DNA from: Macrostomum hystrix
Taxonomy: Eukaryota > Animalia > Platyhelminthes
Direction: 5' to 3'
Assembly (NCBI GenBank): GCA_950097015.1
Contig: CATNEN010000001.1
Location: forward strand, 12,338,001-12,402,000
Length of the DNA stretch: 64,000 nt
Under the pieces are notes generated by a model. That model worked only from the letters and a program-made list of their open reading frames with translations, ran no database searches and had not been told where the DNA came from. Below, one piece after another: positions 46,118-59,679 of this stretch. Each line of letters begins with the position of its first letter. Positions within the stretch are counted from its first letter, which is position 1. A program made the position numbers and the translations under genes.

Positions 46118-47771
46118 TTGCAGATAAACTTGCTATAAGGCTTGGAGGATGGCTCATGCAATTTTCTGGTTAAACATGAACACGACAAGACACGACATAT
46201 GACATTATGTCTACAATCATTTGGATGTGAGTACATTTGCTTACGTTGTAATATTGCATTAGCTTTGTAGTGTGACAATCGCATTTTGATAAATGGTGCT
46301 ATAATGGCTAAAACTAAATATTGTTTTACCAGAGTCAACGAAAACTTACGCCTGCAAACGAGTATAATTGTACGCTTGGCGCTTATCTAAGGAATTAACG
46401 ATTAAGGATTAAGAATTAAGGAATAAAGGTATCACATATAGGTAGCTTAGACAAACCTTTATTTCTTCCCAGTAGCTCGTCGGCGGAAAAGGGGTGGCCC
46501 CCTTCAAACCTAAGCTCAAACGTTTAAGAGTTGCGGTCTGAGTTGCGGTCCACCGGTTTCTTCGTCACAGGTTTCTTCGAAGTGCGGTCTGAGTTGCGGT
46601 CCACCGGTTTCTTCGCCGGTGGAGGGGGGCACCGGGGCCTCGGTGGCGTGAAGTTGGTGGCCGCCCCGGCCCCACCTTTCACTTTCCACCACTGCACTTT
46701 TTGTTCATTCAGTATAGGCTGCAGCGCCCAGGGGCTGCTGGGAGCCCCTTCTTCTATTCTGCTCTCTTTGTCTTCACTCTGCTGCTGTGGCTGCTGCTGC
46801 TGTGGCTGCTGCTGAATCTGCTGATCCATTCAGAAAAGCTAGAATTATCTGAAAATTGAAAAGTAAATATGTATAAGTAAAGTAAAGCAAAAAGTAGAAG
46901 TTAATAAGAGTAAAATAAGTGTATCAAGGGTGTTTTAAATGTTCCAATGGATTTTAAGGTAGTTATAAGGATGGTAAAAGTGTATAGCTTGGTTTCACTA
47001 GCTAGAGAAACCTAGCTTTTAGCTCAATGCTCCTGAGCTGCAGCTCATTGTTCATGGATGATGTCAGAGGCATCATAGCTGAAAGCTTAAAAGAGAAGTG
47101 AAATGTGGCTTCAAATAATTGAAGAGCCTAAAAGGAATTAAGGATTCAAAAAGTGAAAGCAGTTAAATGGATGGTAAAAACTAAGTAAATTGTAGTGAGG
47201 TATAGTACATTTTAACAGGTCCTTATCACACAAGCTGGAATGGTGGCTTTGCTTGCTATCTTCAGGCTGGCATCTGAGAACTGGTAAGGCTAGGCTAATC
47301 ATTCTTTGTAAAGTGTTTGCTAGATACCTAACCCACAATTGCTGGTTAGCTTGAGCTTGCTCCTACAAGCAATATAAGTGATCTCAGTGTACACTAGAGT
47401 TATTTGGTCTGGTACAGTTATATAACTTTGCTATGAAATTTCCTTATAATGACTATTTATTTATCAACTTTATTTTACCAGGTCTTTATCACACTGGCTC
47501 ACTAGCTGGAATTGTGGCATCTGGCTGTCTTCACTCTCATGGCATAGCTAAGGGCATATGAGAACTAATCACATATGATTAAAGGCTATGGTAAGTGCTT
47601 GAGTACTTAATCATTTTTAGTGTTAGCCCAACCCAGCCCAAGATACCCAACACAAAATTGCTGGTTGCTTGAGCGCTTAGTTTTGAAAATGCATGCACAG
47701 TAGTTTGCCTTGAGCTATTGGTTTTGATACTGCATGAGCAGTAGTTTGCCTTGAAACTGCTGTTTATGAAA

Positions 47772-48345
47772 TTCTCTCCTCTCCTCTTCTCCTCTCCTCC
47801 CCCCTCCTCTTCTCCTCTCCTCTCCCCCCTCCTCTTCTCCTCTCCTCTCTTCTCCTCTCCTCTCCCCCTCCCTCCTCTTCTCCTCTCCTCTCCTCCTCCC
47901 TCCTCTTCTCCTCTCCTTTCCTCTCCTCTCCTTTTCTCTCCCTTTCTCTTCTCTCCTCTCCTCTCCTTTTCTCTCCCTTTCTCTTCTCTCCTCTCCTCTC
48001 CTTTTCTCTCCCTTTCTCTTCTCTCCTCTCCTCTCCCCCTCTCCTCTCCTTTCCTCTGCTCTTCTCTCCTCTCCTCTGCTCTTATCTCCCCCTCCTCTTC
48101 TCCTCTACTCTCCTCTCCTCCTCTTCTCCTCTCCTCTCCTCCCTCCTCTTCTCCTCTCCTTTCATCTCCTCTCCTTTTCTCTCCCTTTCTCTTCTCTCCT
48201 CTCCTCTCCCCCTCTCCTCTCCTTTCCTCTGCTCTTCTCTCCTCTCCTCTTCTCTGCTCTTCTCTCTTCTCTTCTCTCCTCTGCTCTTCTCTCCTCTCCT
48301 CTCCTCTCCCCCTCTCCCCTCCTTTCCTCTGCTCTTCTCTGCTCT
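47772..48345. repeat. Polypyrimidine (CTCCT/CTCTT)n microsatellite
   Basis: About 570 bp almost purely C/T. Confidence 0.95.
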
Positions 48346-48584
48346 TGTGCTCATAAATATATGTGTGCTCGTATGCTCATAATTGTGTTCAGACCTTTAG
48401 ACGCACTTTTACGGCCTTCCGGTTGGTCTTTCTTGACGTGCTTGGTGTCGTGGAGCTGCTGCTTTCTCTTCCTGGAGATTCTAGGATGAGAATCTAAGAT
48501 GAAAACTAGGATGAGAATCTAGGATGAGAATATAAAATGCGAATATAAAATGAGAATCCAGGATGAGAATCGTAAATACAATGC

Positions 48585-49965
48585 AACTCGGATACCTGCA
48601 AAATATAGTGCATCTCACTACCATACTTCCTCTCACTCTACTGCATCTCACTACCACACTTCCTCTCACCCTACTGATCTCCCTCTCACCCTACTAATCT
48701 AGGGAATCTAGGGAAGGCACAGAATCGATTTCGGGCCCACCCGACTACCCTAGTTACAAAGACCCACCCGAATCTTCACTTCAATTACATTTTACAAGTT
48801 CCACTTCGACCTCGAGAAGTTCAAAAACTTGTTTTTCGGAGTCGGAGTGTAAATGCTAATTAGTTATGCAAGTTATTTATGTTAGTTGTCATGCAAAACT
48901 AAAGCAATTTATAACTATTTATGCAGTGCATCTAAGAAATAAATAATGCATCTAAGGTGGTAAACAATTACTTAATTTAAAAGAATAGGCAAAGTCCCTC
49001 ATCCCCAAAAAATCCCGGGCTCTATGAGCTATTGGATATTGCATGCTCGAGACTTTGCCACTGCTATTTTTAGAGCAGAACATGAACAAACAGAGCTTCG
49101 AATTGCTCTGTACATGAGCTAGAAACAGAGCCGTTAGAGCTGAGCATGACAGCTAGGACTGATAAGAAGTTTCTAGAACGGAAATCAGCGGAGCGGGGAT
49201 AGAGACGTTTTCTAGCACCGAAAATGTAAAGGAAAGACATGCATTCACGCATGTACATGTTGACGTACAGTCACACAGTTTTAAAGCTCACCAGAACTCT
49301 AGAGCAGTGTCTTGTTGGCACATTGAGGATCTGAGGATTGTCACCAAACTGAGGATCTGGGTTGTCATTAAACTGAGCTTTAAATTTTTACATGTTGTAT
49401 ACCGACTGTACACATGCGCGATGAAGGCTTAGTTCATTTCATTGTTTCAAACTTTTCAATTAACTAATACAAATCTTTAAACAAATATATGTCTATAAAT
49501 ATATGGTCAGTTAAAGAGTGACTAAGCATGCAAAACTTAACTGGTGCCTACGAGAGAAATCAACTAATGCGAAACGAAAAATTTAAATTCTTTCTGTCTC
49601 AAATCTTTACTTTGATCTCTTTATGACTTATCATGCCATTAATGGAATTATTGAAATTAATTAAAATTTTAAAGAACTGACTTCCCTGTACACCTGGGAA
49701 CATTCATAAATACAATTCAACTCGGATTACCTGCGACTTAGAATCCGATTACTCGGATTCTACTACATCTCACTACCCCACTTCCCCTCACTCTACTGCA
49801 TCTTACTACCACACTTCCTCTCACCCTACTGCTCTCCCTCACACCCTACTGATCTCCCTCTCACCCTACCTGATCCCCCTCTCACCCTACCTGCTCTCCC
49901 TCTCACCCTACTAATCTAGGGAATCTAGGGAATCTAAGCAAGGCACGGAATCGAGTTTGGGACCT
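48585..49965. repeat. Two related blocks (48585-48740, 49720-49965) of CTCACCCTACT / CACTTCCTCTC repeats
   Basis: Both begin CAACTCGGAT...CCTGC and end CTAATCTAGGGAATCTAGGGAA...GGCAC. Confidence 0.8.
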
Positions 49966-52509
49966 CCCTTAATCCAGATTGATCTCGACGAATTTTGAGT
50001 CCCTATGCTCTATGATAAATGTAGAGGAAACAGAAATTTAGAAGCAACCATGTTAATTTATATACTAGCTAGCTATTATACTAAGTTGTCATGCAGAGTC
50101 ATATAATTTCAGTCTACATGAGCAGGTCTTTCGGAAATAATGAGCTATAGGATATGACTGAAACAGTATCCTATCGTTTCTACTAATAGTAGCACATTGC
50201 AAATTAATCTTCCTCAAAATATTTTCGCATCCGTGAAAAAAAGTTGGAAAATTTAGTAGAAAATTTCGAAAATAATGCTAACAATATTGCCTAATTTCAG
50301 AGCAACTAGACATGTTAAAGGTGAAATAATATTTTTCTGCAACCACAAGTCACGTGTACTACATTAAAAGATAAAAAAACGCGAAAAAGTGATGTTAATC
50401 AACCCGCGCCCCACTGGTGGGAGGGCGTACTGCGGGGCTTATAGCAAAATCAACCCGCGCCCCACTGGTGGGAAGTCGTATAGTGGGGCGCCGGCGCCCA
50501 ACCCTGCGCCCTCCCGCCGGTGTCCCACCGGGTTCTGCTCACTCGGCTCGAATCAGCTGTCGGATGATTCAAAGCCGTCCGAACTTTCACCGGCGTTGGA
50601 CGTCTCCGACTTCGCTATAGCGGTGTTGACTGCGAGCCGTAAGTTAATAATTTGGCGGTCATAAAACCGTAACGCTCAATAAAATCTCAACATTCACAAT
50701 ACGAGTATCTCATATCTCGATAAAATGCACACAACTGCACATCTACCAGGACCTCCGGATTTCAATTTCATGTGTAACGGGGTGCACCAGCTCTGCGGAG
50801 GATTGTCGCCTTGCCTTTACAAATTGCCGAAACCAGTCATCCGTCACCAACTGCAGGAGAACTGTGTGTGCAGGCCTTCAGACTCGGAGCGACGGCGGTT
50901 GTGCAACGACGCCCAACATTCATGGCGGCGAGGGTTGCCTGCCTGTGTGCCGAACGAGGTCCACGTTTGGATGGCAGATATGAAAAAGGCAGCGCGTTTA
51001 CTATCCGGCGACAACCCCTAAGGACATTAGAGTGCGCAAACTGAACTGAAAAAGTGCGAAACTACTATTTCAAACCTTATCTAACGCTTAATTAAAATAT
51101 CAATATTACTTACATTTCTAAATATACACTATCAATTTAGCAATCGCAATATCGATATTTCAGCACCAAAATAGTTTCTCCCTCCTAGTAGAACTGAAAA
51201 GTCCAATTTTACTACGTTTCAGACATTGCTGCACATTATGAGTAGTAAATTCTAGAAGAGTAGTAAAAAACATTTGCCTACACTTAAGAAATTGCTACAT
51301 ACTGTGTGTATTCAATTCATGGGTATTGAATTCGACTTTTGTTTACGATCTCAATCGGAAGCTGAAAACATCTCCATCGGAATCTACATACTCAATTTAG
51401 TGACTGTGCGGTGTCGTCAAGAAAAATAAATCTCCACGCGATCGGCACAAAATTCAATCGGCGATAGTGACAATGTGACTACGATTTTAAAACTCTAACT
51501 CAAAATTTTGTCAGGTCGACAAAGTCCAAAAAAATTACTGAGCGTTTAAGGCTTTGTGATATTTTGACTTAGGTCTCTCAGCGTTGGGATCCCTAAATGA
51601 GGTCGGGTGTCCTACTCTTTGCGAGAGACTCTATTGCCGTAACTCGAAAATAACGAAGACAAGACGATACAGGATTCCAAGCTAAACAGCTGATATTTAA
51701 GTGTTAATTAGTTAACAAGAGAAAGCTATGAATGATTAATTCCCCTGGCAGCGCTCTTTCCGTTCCCTGCCAGGTAACTGTACTTGATTAAATATTAAAC
51801 TCACAATTCTCACTGGTAAATTACTAATAAAATCTCGGTGGCCTCAACACAAGTACACGCGAACTCTACTCGAAAGTGCTCTGAACATAAACAAGAACTC
51901 ACGATAATAACGTGACAATTGGCACAAATAACTCCTAGACAAACCGATAGTCCCTATGACAAAACAAGACGAATAAAACAGAACCTAACCCAGAGTCCCT
52001 AGTCTGAAACCGAGGCGACCAGCAAGCACTTCCGCACTATGGCACAACGATAGTTCTATCGTGCCACACCTAATGTCAATTTGACGGCGTCCCACCGATG
52101 ATTGTTGGCGATATGGAGAGTACTTCCGTGCTTGCCGATCCCTATCTAACACTCCGTCAGCAGTTGGCCAGACGTACCGAGCTCAGCGCAAACTACATAC
52201 TGACTTGGGATTGAGTGTGGGGTTTTCTTCGACTAGCTAGTTGGACCGGTTTAACTGTCCCGGTATCTATTACTAGGATGCGTAACAGCGATTGCAACGA
52301 AAGACGCACGAAAATACACGCGAAAAGACACACGGCGATAGAATCAAAATGACAACGCAATAGTCAGTTATATAGTCAAGCGCCCGCCCCAACCCTCATC
52401 AAAGCCTGGGTGCCGGCCGCGCCGCTTGTTCTTCTGCCAGGTCGACCCTGCCGGTTAACGAACTGGCTGCTGATTGGCCCGGCCCGGCGTATCGCGCTTA
52501 AGTCGGTTC

Positions 52510-55387
52510 TAGGGGTCGCAAAATCCCGGCTTCTGCTGATCCCGGGATCCCGGGATTGAAATGAGTAAAATCACGGGATCCCGGGATTAGATAAAATTCT
52601 TAAATCTGCCTAACACGATAGATACCATTCTTCATACACGATAATACACTTTTATGCTGTACGTCATACACTCGTCTGGCAATCCTAGATGGAGTTCTGT
52701 CATCTGTGCCAATCTGCCAGTTTCATATACGCTAAAAAAGTTACATGAAGGAAAGCATGATAAAAAATATTTTTTTGGGCTTTTATTTTTCCTTTATTTT
52801 CATTTTTATTAATGCGCCAGCTGGCTCAAAATGAAGAACAAAACTGGAAAAACATGTAATAGTGTTGTTCACCAAATTACAACAAGTGGATATGTCGCAA
52901 AATGTCACTGGTCTAGTCAGTGTCCGTACTCAACTCAACTTTACCTTATTACTTTTTGGCCAAAAAGTACATCCGCAGCATTACAAGCACAGAAAGGGTC
53001 CTGTCGGCCAGTCTTAAACGGAGCTTTGTGGGGAACAAGCCGGCGCAGGAAAATGCGCGCTCTGCTTCCACGCTGGTTGGCGGAACAGTCAGCATCGCTC
53101 GGTACAATAGGTTGATTGTCTTGCCATGCTTTCCAGTGATGCAAAGGAACTCCAGCTCGCGGCCAATCATCTTCTCCAAGGTGTTGGACTCGACAGAGTG
53201 TGCCGGCTGCGCGAGAGCCTGCGATAGGCGTTCTTCAATGGTGATTGACAAGTCATCAGCAGTGCTGGTTGCAGTCTCTTGGTTAGCGCTTATTGCATCA
53301 GAATGCGGCCCTAAACGCAGCTTCTCGGCCAAGTGCACAAGGGTGTACTTGACTGCGTTACATTCGCCTGGCTGCATTGCTTTGCCTCCTCGAGCCAGAA
53401 GGTTCACAGCGGTTGCCAGATTGCTGCGTGGCTCGTCCAAGCGCTTCGTAAGAGCGATGGCCAGATCTTTTGCCAGGACTGAACTTTGCCCTTATGGCAA
53501 AGCGAACCGCCGCCTCCACAGGTCGCAATCTTGCCGACACAAGGCTTTCACTACCAGCTCAGCAGGCCTGAGAGCAAGAACCAACTGCTCAGCAGCTTCG
53601 ACATCCATTCGCGTGAAGCACTGCTCATTGAGATCGAGACACCAGCGTCTTCTGAATAGCCCTGTGTAGCTGAACAAACCGATCCACCATTGCAAGCAGT
53701 GAATTCCACCTGGTTCGACAATCCAGCAAAAGGCATAACTCCTTGCCGTACTCTTGGATCGCAAATCGCTGAAGCGTTTCGTTTCGCAGGGGACTTCGGC
53801 GAAATATTTTGACAACATTGCGGATTATTTTTACTGTCTCATCGAAGTTGGGAGACAACGCCGGCCGCGCATCGCTAATGCACCATGCAATTGCGCCGTC
53901 ATCTTCATCGTCGGAGTCGCTGTCGCTGTCCAGTGTGGCATCACGTCCATCTTCGATGTCGTCCTCGGCTTCAGCTGAATGGTCGTCCGTTGACTCGTGT
54001 TGACGGCTGTTGCGTAAGATAGAGAGTTATTGGCGTACAGTACGTCACATACAGCAAGATGGATGCCGTGTGCATAGCACATGTGATGCTCAGCGGCAGA
54101 CTGGCGACGAAAGCGCTTCATGACAGAAGCGCCATCGGTGGTGCAGCATATGACGTCCTCACGGAGGCTAATGCCAAAGTTGGCTAGGCGATCAACCAGC
54201 ACCTTCTCCAGGCAGTCGGATGTCACTGAGCCTGAGAGCCTGATGAGACCCAGGTTGTGCGCTGCTCGATCAACCAGATGGATGTTCAGGTTGAGGTATC
54301 GCTTGTTGTTGTTGCCGGTCCATTCGTCGAATGTCAGGGCAAAGCGCTCGCCTGCTTCACGCCGCTGATCGATGTCCAGCTTGATTTTTTTCTCTACTTC
54401 CGCAGCAAAGTCCAGTACTTTGTTTCTGATCGTATTGGCTGAGGCTGGGAGCCTGATTCCACGACTGGCGAGAGCAGACTTTAGATCTTCAGAGGTCACA
54501 AAGGTCTTGAATGGTATATTGTCTTTGGGAACCATTCGAGCCAAGACCTCATCGCCATTCTCCAATAGAGGCTTAAAAAAGCTCGTTAATAGCTTTGCCC
54601 TCTTCGCCACAGGTGCATCCATCTTGGTTTCACATACCATGGTTGTTGATGTAGCTCCACTGCCAAAGTTCGCTGATTCCACAGAAGCACTTGCAGCCCC
54701 AGATGTGACATCCGTAGTTTTAATACTGTGCTTTGTTGATAGATGGGTAATGAGCCCCTTCGTTGAACCTCCTTTGATGGAAATTTTCTTGAGGCAAATT
54801 TGACAACTGGCTTCGTCATTGCTCAGTCGTTCAAAATGTTTCCAAGCCTTTGATTTTGTAGCCATGTATGGAGCTCAGGTAGGCAAGCAAAGGAGCTGCT
54901 CGGGGAGTCAGACTCTGAACTTCTGAAGTCTGAACCTATGGAAATACGATAGCTTGATATTTGATTCTGGAGAGCCGAAAGTTGAGTGATACAGTAACAG
55001 TACAAAAACAGCTAAAGCTTGGTTTCATGACCATTGCCCCCCCTTTGCAGGTTACAGCTATCTTAATCTATGTCAATGTACATTGAGGGAGGGGGCTTGT
55101 GGGTTGTGGCCCTGTGGGGGAAGGGAGGGATACACCTTAGTGTGTGCATTCCCGAGAGAGTTCGATGAACACTTAAGCCAATAAGCCGTTAAGCGTCAAC
55201 TTCACTGACCTGGGCTATTTTTAGCATCTAATGGCATGTGATGCTTGGTGAGGTTGTGAAAATACTTGTTTTTCTGAACAACAACAATGGCATTTGGTTC
55301 TGAAAATGGATTAAAAAATATTATTTTTCTATCTTAATTAAATCCCGACTTTTCCGGGATCCTGGGATCGCGGGATTGCGACCCCTA
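52510..55387 (-). mobile_element. hAT DNA transposon
   Basis: TIRs TAGGGGTCGCAA..TCCCG; 8-bp TSD GTCGGTTC (52502-52509, 55388-55395); subterminal CCCGGGAT repeats. Confidence 0.96.
52949..54865 (-). pseudogene. hAT transposase with BED finger, frameshifted
   Basis: WKHF..CQIC..THLSTKH (BED), FDEW, TDGAS, CYAHGIHLAV, TRWNS, SVEAERAFS. Confidence 0.93.
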
Positions 55388-57381
55388 GTCGGTTCGCATC
55401 AATTTGGCTAGCCGTCCTCCTATTGGCTGGGCCCACCAGACCGGGGTTAGTCCGACGCCTTGGCTGTAGAGCAGGGTGACCGGCCGATCGCATCGCAGGC
55501 CTGGCTGGCGCGCATGTACAAAAACAACCCTATAACATACATTACAATAATTCATTAATGTTGAGTGTGCGAATATGTTACTTCAAGTAGAAATATACGC
55601 ATTATAAAATAAACATGCCGACACTACACTCCCCCCTCCTAAAAGAAGTGGAGTGCGAACAAAAATAGAAAATAAGGGACACAAGACTCGATACCGAAAA
55701 TAAAACTGGAAACCGCAATTTAAACAAAAAACAATAATTTTCAACTCCTTTAGGGGACACCTCCTCCCCCCTCTAAAAGATTAGAAGCTGGTTTTACGCG
55801 AAAAAGAAATTTTTACGCTATCTATAATCGTTTAAAAGAAACAATACAGGAAACAAAGATTATCCAAAGCACAATGTCGTGATTAACGCTTTTATTCCTA
55901 CGTCGCCGAAAGGTACAATTTCAACAATTAGTTTAACAATAGCAGAACTAAAGCATATTAAGGTTTGCTTAAGAATTCCATTAGATTTAAATTCAAAATA
56001 CAAAATTCTGCAACTTTTCAACAAAATTTTACGATTTACGATTTGCAAAACCAACAATAGAATGACCAGCTTAACAGCAAATTTAACAATTCGAATTCAA
56101 AATTCAACACTCGATTACAAAACTTGACAACTCGACTTCGATGTAGATCCGGGCACACGACACATTCACGCTTCTCCCGAGGCACACTCTATCGAAAACC
56201 CTAACAGTACAGCCACACATCATTCACACGGCATTCACTCTTCCCGACAGTCACGCGTCATCCCCTACGAAACCCTTAACAACCGCTCAGGTCGCGGCAT
56301 TACACCTGGCGTACCTGGCGCTCTATCTCATCCCTCACTTCTCACTTTCGCAGTTCTGACGCGGGGTGGTGAAGTACACCGCTCGCAGCCGATCCGCCGC
56401 GGCATGCGTGTCGCATCGGAAGGGTGTACTCGTCACGGATGTCGAGCCATCGCTATTCAGCTGGCGTTCGTACCCTTTACCGAACAGAGAAGTCGGTGGT
56501 AACGCTGAACGCATCTGGTCGAGTCGCCAAGCGTGCAGTGGTCCTTGCTGCTGCACGGGTGCCACCCGGGCCACTGGCACGGCCGGCGGCTGCTGCGCCT
56601 GTTGTCGTTCGGCCGATCGTCTCCTGCGCGGAATTCAGACATTGCTACACATTATGAGTAGTAAATTCTAGAAGAGTAGTAAAAACATTTGCCTACAGTT
56701 TATAATTGTAATTGTAATTATAATTGTAATAATAGTAAGTCTAGTGACAAATATAATTAAAAGTAATATCAGAAACATATTTCATTCAAATGATTATCAC
56801 AATCTATTTCTTAGCACTTTATTATCTACGTATCGTAAAAAGTAAGCAGCCTTTCATTTTCAATAGAAAATCTGAAATCCAAAAAAAACTTTTAAAAAAA
56901 TTAATTTTATCCATAACGTGTCTCGTCAATTTATTTTAAATGTACTCGTATGTAACTCAGATGATGTCACACATACAACACACAAAATTTGGCCCTCAAA
57001 ATCAAGCTCTTCGATGAATGCAGTGTCCAGCTCAATGATTTCAGCATCTATCGCATTTACGATTTCGATGTCGTTAGCTTGTCTGCCGACCGGAAGATTT
57101 TCTGTAGCATCCGGCAGCGAGGATGGGAGCTACACCAGCAACAGGATGATCTTTTGAAGATGATCTACCACAGACGTTGGAGATGATCTGACTAAGAGCG
57201 CTCTCAGGCTGGCGAATACGCTCAAGCGCTTGAAATGCCTCTTGCTGGCGTGCGGATTCCAATGCAGTTTGCCGGGCTCGCTCGAGGTCTTCAGCAGAGC
57301 CCCAGTTGACAACAGCATGATTTTTGTGTCGTCGAATTTGTAAAATTGGATCGACGGTAAAAAAGCTCAGCTGAATCGCAT

Positions 57382-58300
57382 TCATGGCAAACGAACCAGT
57401 CTATTGAGAAGCGCTGTCTTCCCAGTGAAATTGGGGATGAGGCGTCCAAAAAAGTTATCCAGGCTCAGAAAGCTGGCCAATTCTGTTTTGTTGGTGGGCG
57501 CGCAGACATGCCGAATCATGTCTACCAGGCGATCGTCCGGCTGGATGCCGGCAGCCGAGATGCGGAAACTGAGAAAGGAAACTGAGTCGCAATGACTGAT
57601 GCATTTAGACTCGTTGATCGTAACATGCTTTTCGGCAAGCTGCTTTCGCACAGCGGCCAGACGCTTCTTCAGGGTGGCCCCATCGGGCGCAAACACGAGA
57701 ATGTCGTCTTGGTAAATCAAGAGTCCCTTGATGTCGCCGAGCATTGCTTCCATAGTCCGCTAGAATATAAATGAGGCGTTCTTCATCCCCATTTGCAACC
57801 GACTCACGCGGTACAGCCCGCGTGAAGTGTTTATGACGGAGAGATCCTTTGCGGCCTCATCGAGCTCAATTTGCCAGTAGGCAGAGCGCAGGTCGACGGT
57901 GGCGAATTTCAATGCGTTCTTCAAGCGAGCGAAGATGCTTTCCACGTTGGGAATCGGGTAAGAGTCCTGCGCGACACACGCTGGCAAAGTGGTTCCGCTT
58001 CCCGCGCTTGGAGCAAACCTTGCCGAAGGCGGCGCACGTACCGTCTGGGTGTGCGCCGCCTACCGCAGTAACCGCAATCCTGAGTTTTCCGAGATGGCCC
58101 CGTGCGACGAGGGTGCTCCGACGCGCGCGGCTTGGTGTAGTGCAACGTGGCCTCGTCAGAATGGATTGCCATAGTCTGCGGCACACACAAACCGACCATG
58201 GTGCCGGCGGCAACCCCAGTCGAAGAGCCATCAGCCACGTACGTTTGGGCGCGCTCGGGTTCCTCGAGCGACAGTTCTCCAAGACGTTGCGAAGCCATTA
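57382..58300 (-). pseudogene. Deleted Gypsy gag-RT fragment
   Basis: CGYCG and CSKRGKRNHFASVC knuckles; YPIP, DLRSAYWQI, YQDD. Confidence 0.85.
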
Positions 58301-58579
58301 TGTATTGAAGATACCTCTTTTAAGTTTCAGATCGTCTAAAGCGAGATGCACAGATTGCTAGGAGGGGGCTCCGCTCATGCTTTATTCCTACTTGATTTTG
58401 CGGGCAGGACTGCTTTAGGAACGGCCCATCCTATGCCCGCTGTCGGGCTGGGCCATGGACATATAGAATGAAAGCAAAAACAATTATATTTAATGGAGTA
58501 CGGCAGCGCATACAAGTACAACAGTAATGACAAGAGCAGTAACAATAAAAACAAACAGGGGAGATGAAACAACACACAA

Positions 58580-58759
58580 TTAGCCACACCCATAGTCCAA
58601 GTAGTCATAGATTTGTAGTCGCCTGTTATTCTTCCTGTGAGTGTCCCTGATCTCTTGCCGGTTCGGACAGAGAAATTACATTTAACACAGTCTGTCTATG
58701 ACTACTTGGACTATGGGTGTGGCTAAGAGACACTCACAGGAAGAATAACAGGCGACTAC
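58580..58759. repeat. Interleaved perfect inverted repeats A-TTT-B...A'-GA-B'
   Basis: A 58580-58611 = revcomp of 58695-58726; B 58615-58645 = revcomp of 58729-58759. Confidence 0.92.
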
Positions 58760-59679
58760 CATTCTTTTCTAGTACAGCAGTCGGCAGAACTCCATGAATG
58801 TCACTAGTACGCTGCTCGCAATCCATGGTAGACCCGGACTGGTTGTCAGCAGGCTGGACAATGAGGGCTTGGTCCTGGATGTCGGTCTTCAGGACGTGCA
58901 GCACAGTGCCGCTCAGTGCCAGTTTGACCAGATGGGAATCCAATCTGCGCCAAATCTGGTCGAGTTGCGCTGTCGAGAGGGGCGTCTCCTGGCCTCGGAT
59001 ATTGCGCTTTGGCTTTGTGATTTAGCCAGCGCCTCCCGCAACGGGCCCCCCAGCAGTTGTCGGAGTTTCCGGACGACTGTGAGATGTTCCGCCACGAGAG
59101 GAACCGGACGCCCCAGTAGCCTGGGTGGCACTTTTCCGCGCTTCCGGGTTTCCCGGACGACGCGAGGAGTCTGCCTCCTAGTTGGATGCCGGTTCCTCCG
59201 CGATGTTCGCAGAGTTGCCGGCCCCCTCCTCGGAGGCGGTGGTTGACGCGGATTTCGCAGCCAACCGTGCTTTCTGTTTGCGCCGCCGGAATTCCTGGAA
59301 GCTGCGGGCCTGCGTGGCAGGGCAGCGTTTGCTCTTAGATCCAGCCGCTCTAGTGTTTTCCTAAGTGGCGGAGGAGCAGGGTGGGTTTTGGGCGCCGGTG
59401 GAACCGGTGTCGCCCTGGCGCTGGTCCTGAGGATCTGCGTCGCCGACCGGGGTCAGCGTTTCAGCAGTGTCCTGGGACGTGCTGGAGCTAAAGTTGAACT
59501 CCATAGGTCGTTGGAAAGAAAGAATTTTTTTTTATGAAAATAAAACCGCAAACGGCCGGATATACTCCCCGGACCTTTCAGCCCCTCAGCGCGGTGAGAC
59601 TTTAGGCATAAGAGGGCACCTAGAGCAGTGCCAGGCCCGCAGACTGGCTGCGTACCCTGTTGAGGTCGAAGGGTATGGG

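Larger units (their letters stand above)
51407..56633 (-). mobile_element. 3' LTR (~51407-55629, interrupted by hAT) plus truncated internal region of another LTR element
   Basis: PPT AGGAGGGGGGAG precedes TGTAGTGTCGGCA on the minus strand (~55629); matching inverted end TGCGGTGTCGTCA at 51407; CCAAT and TATATAA on the minus strand. Confidence 0.6.

Noticed and set aside
47751-48356. 201-aa Leu/Ser/Pro ORF, and similar ORFs at 4457-4865 and 11451-12537
   Set aside because: Artefacts of simple repeats lacking stop codons.
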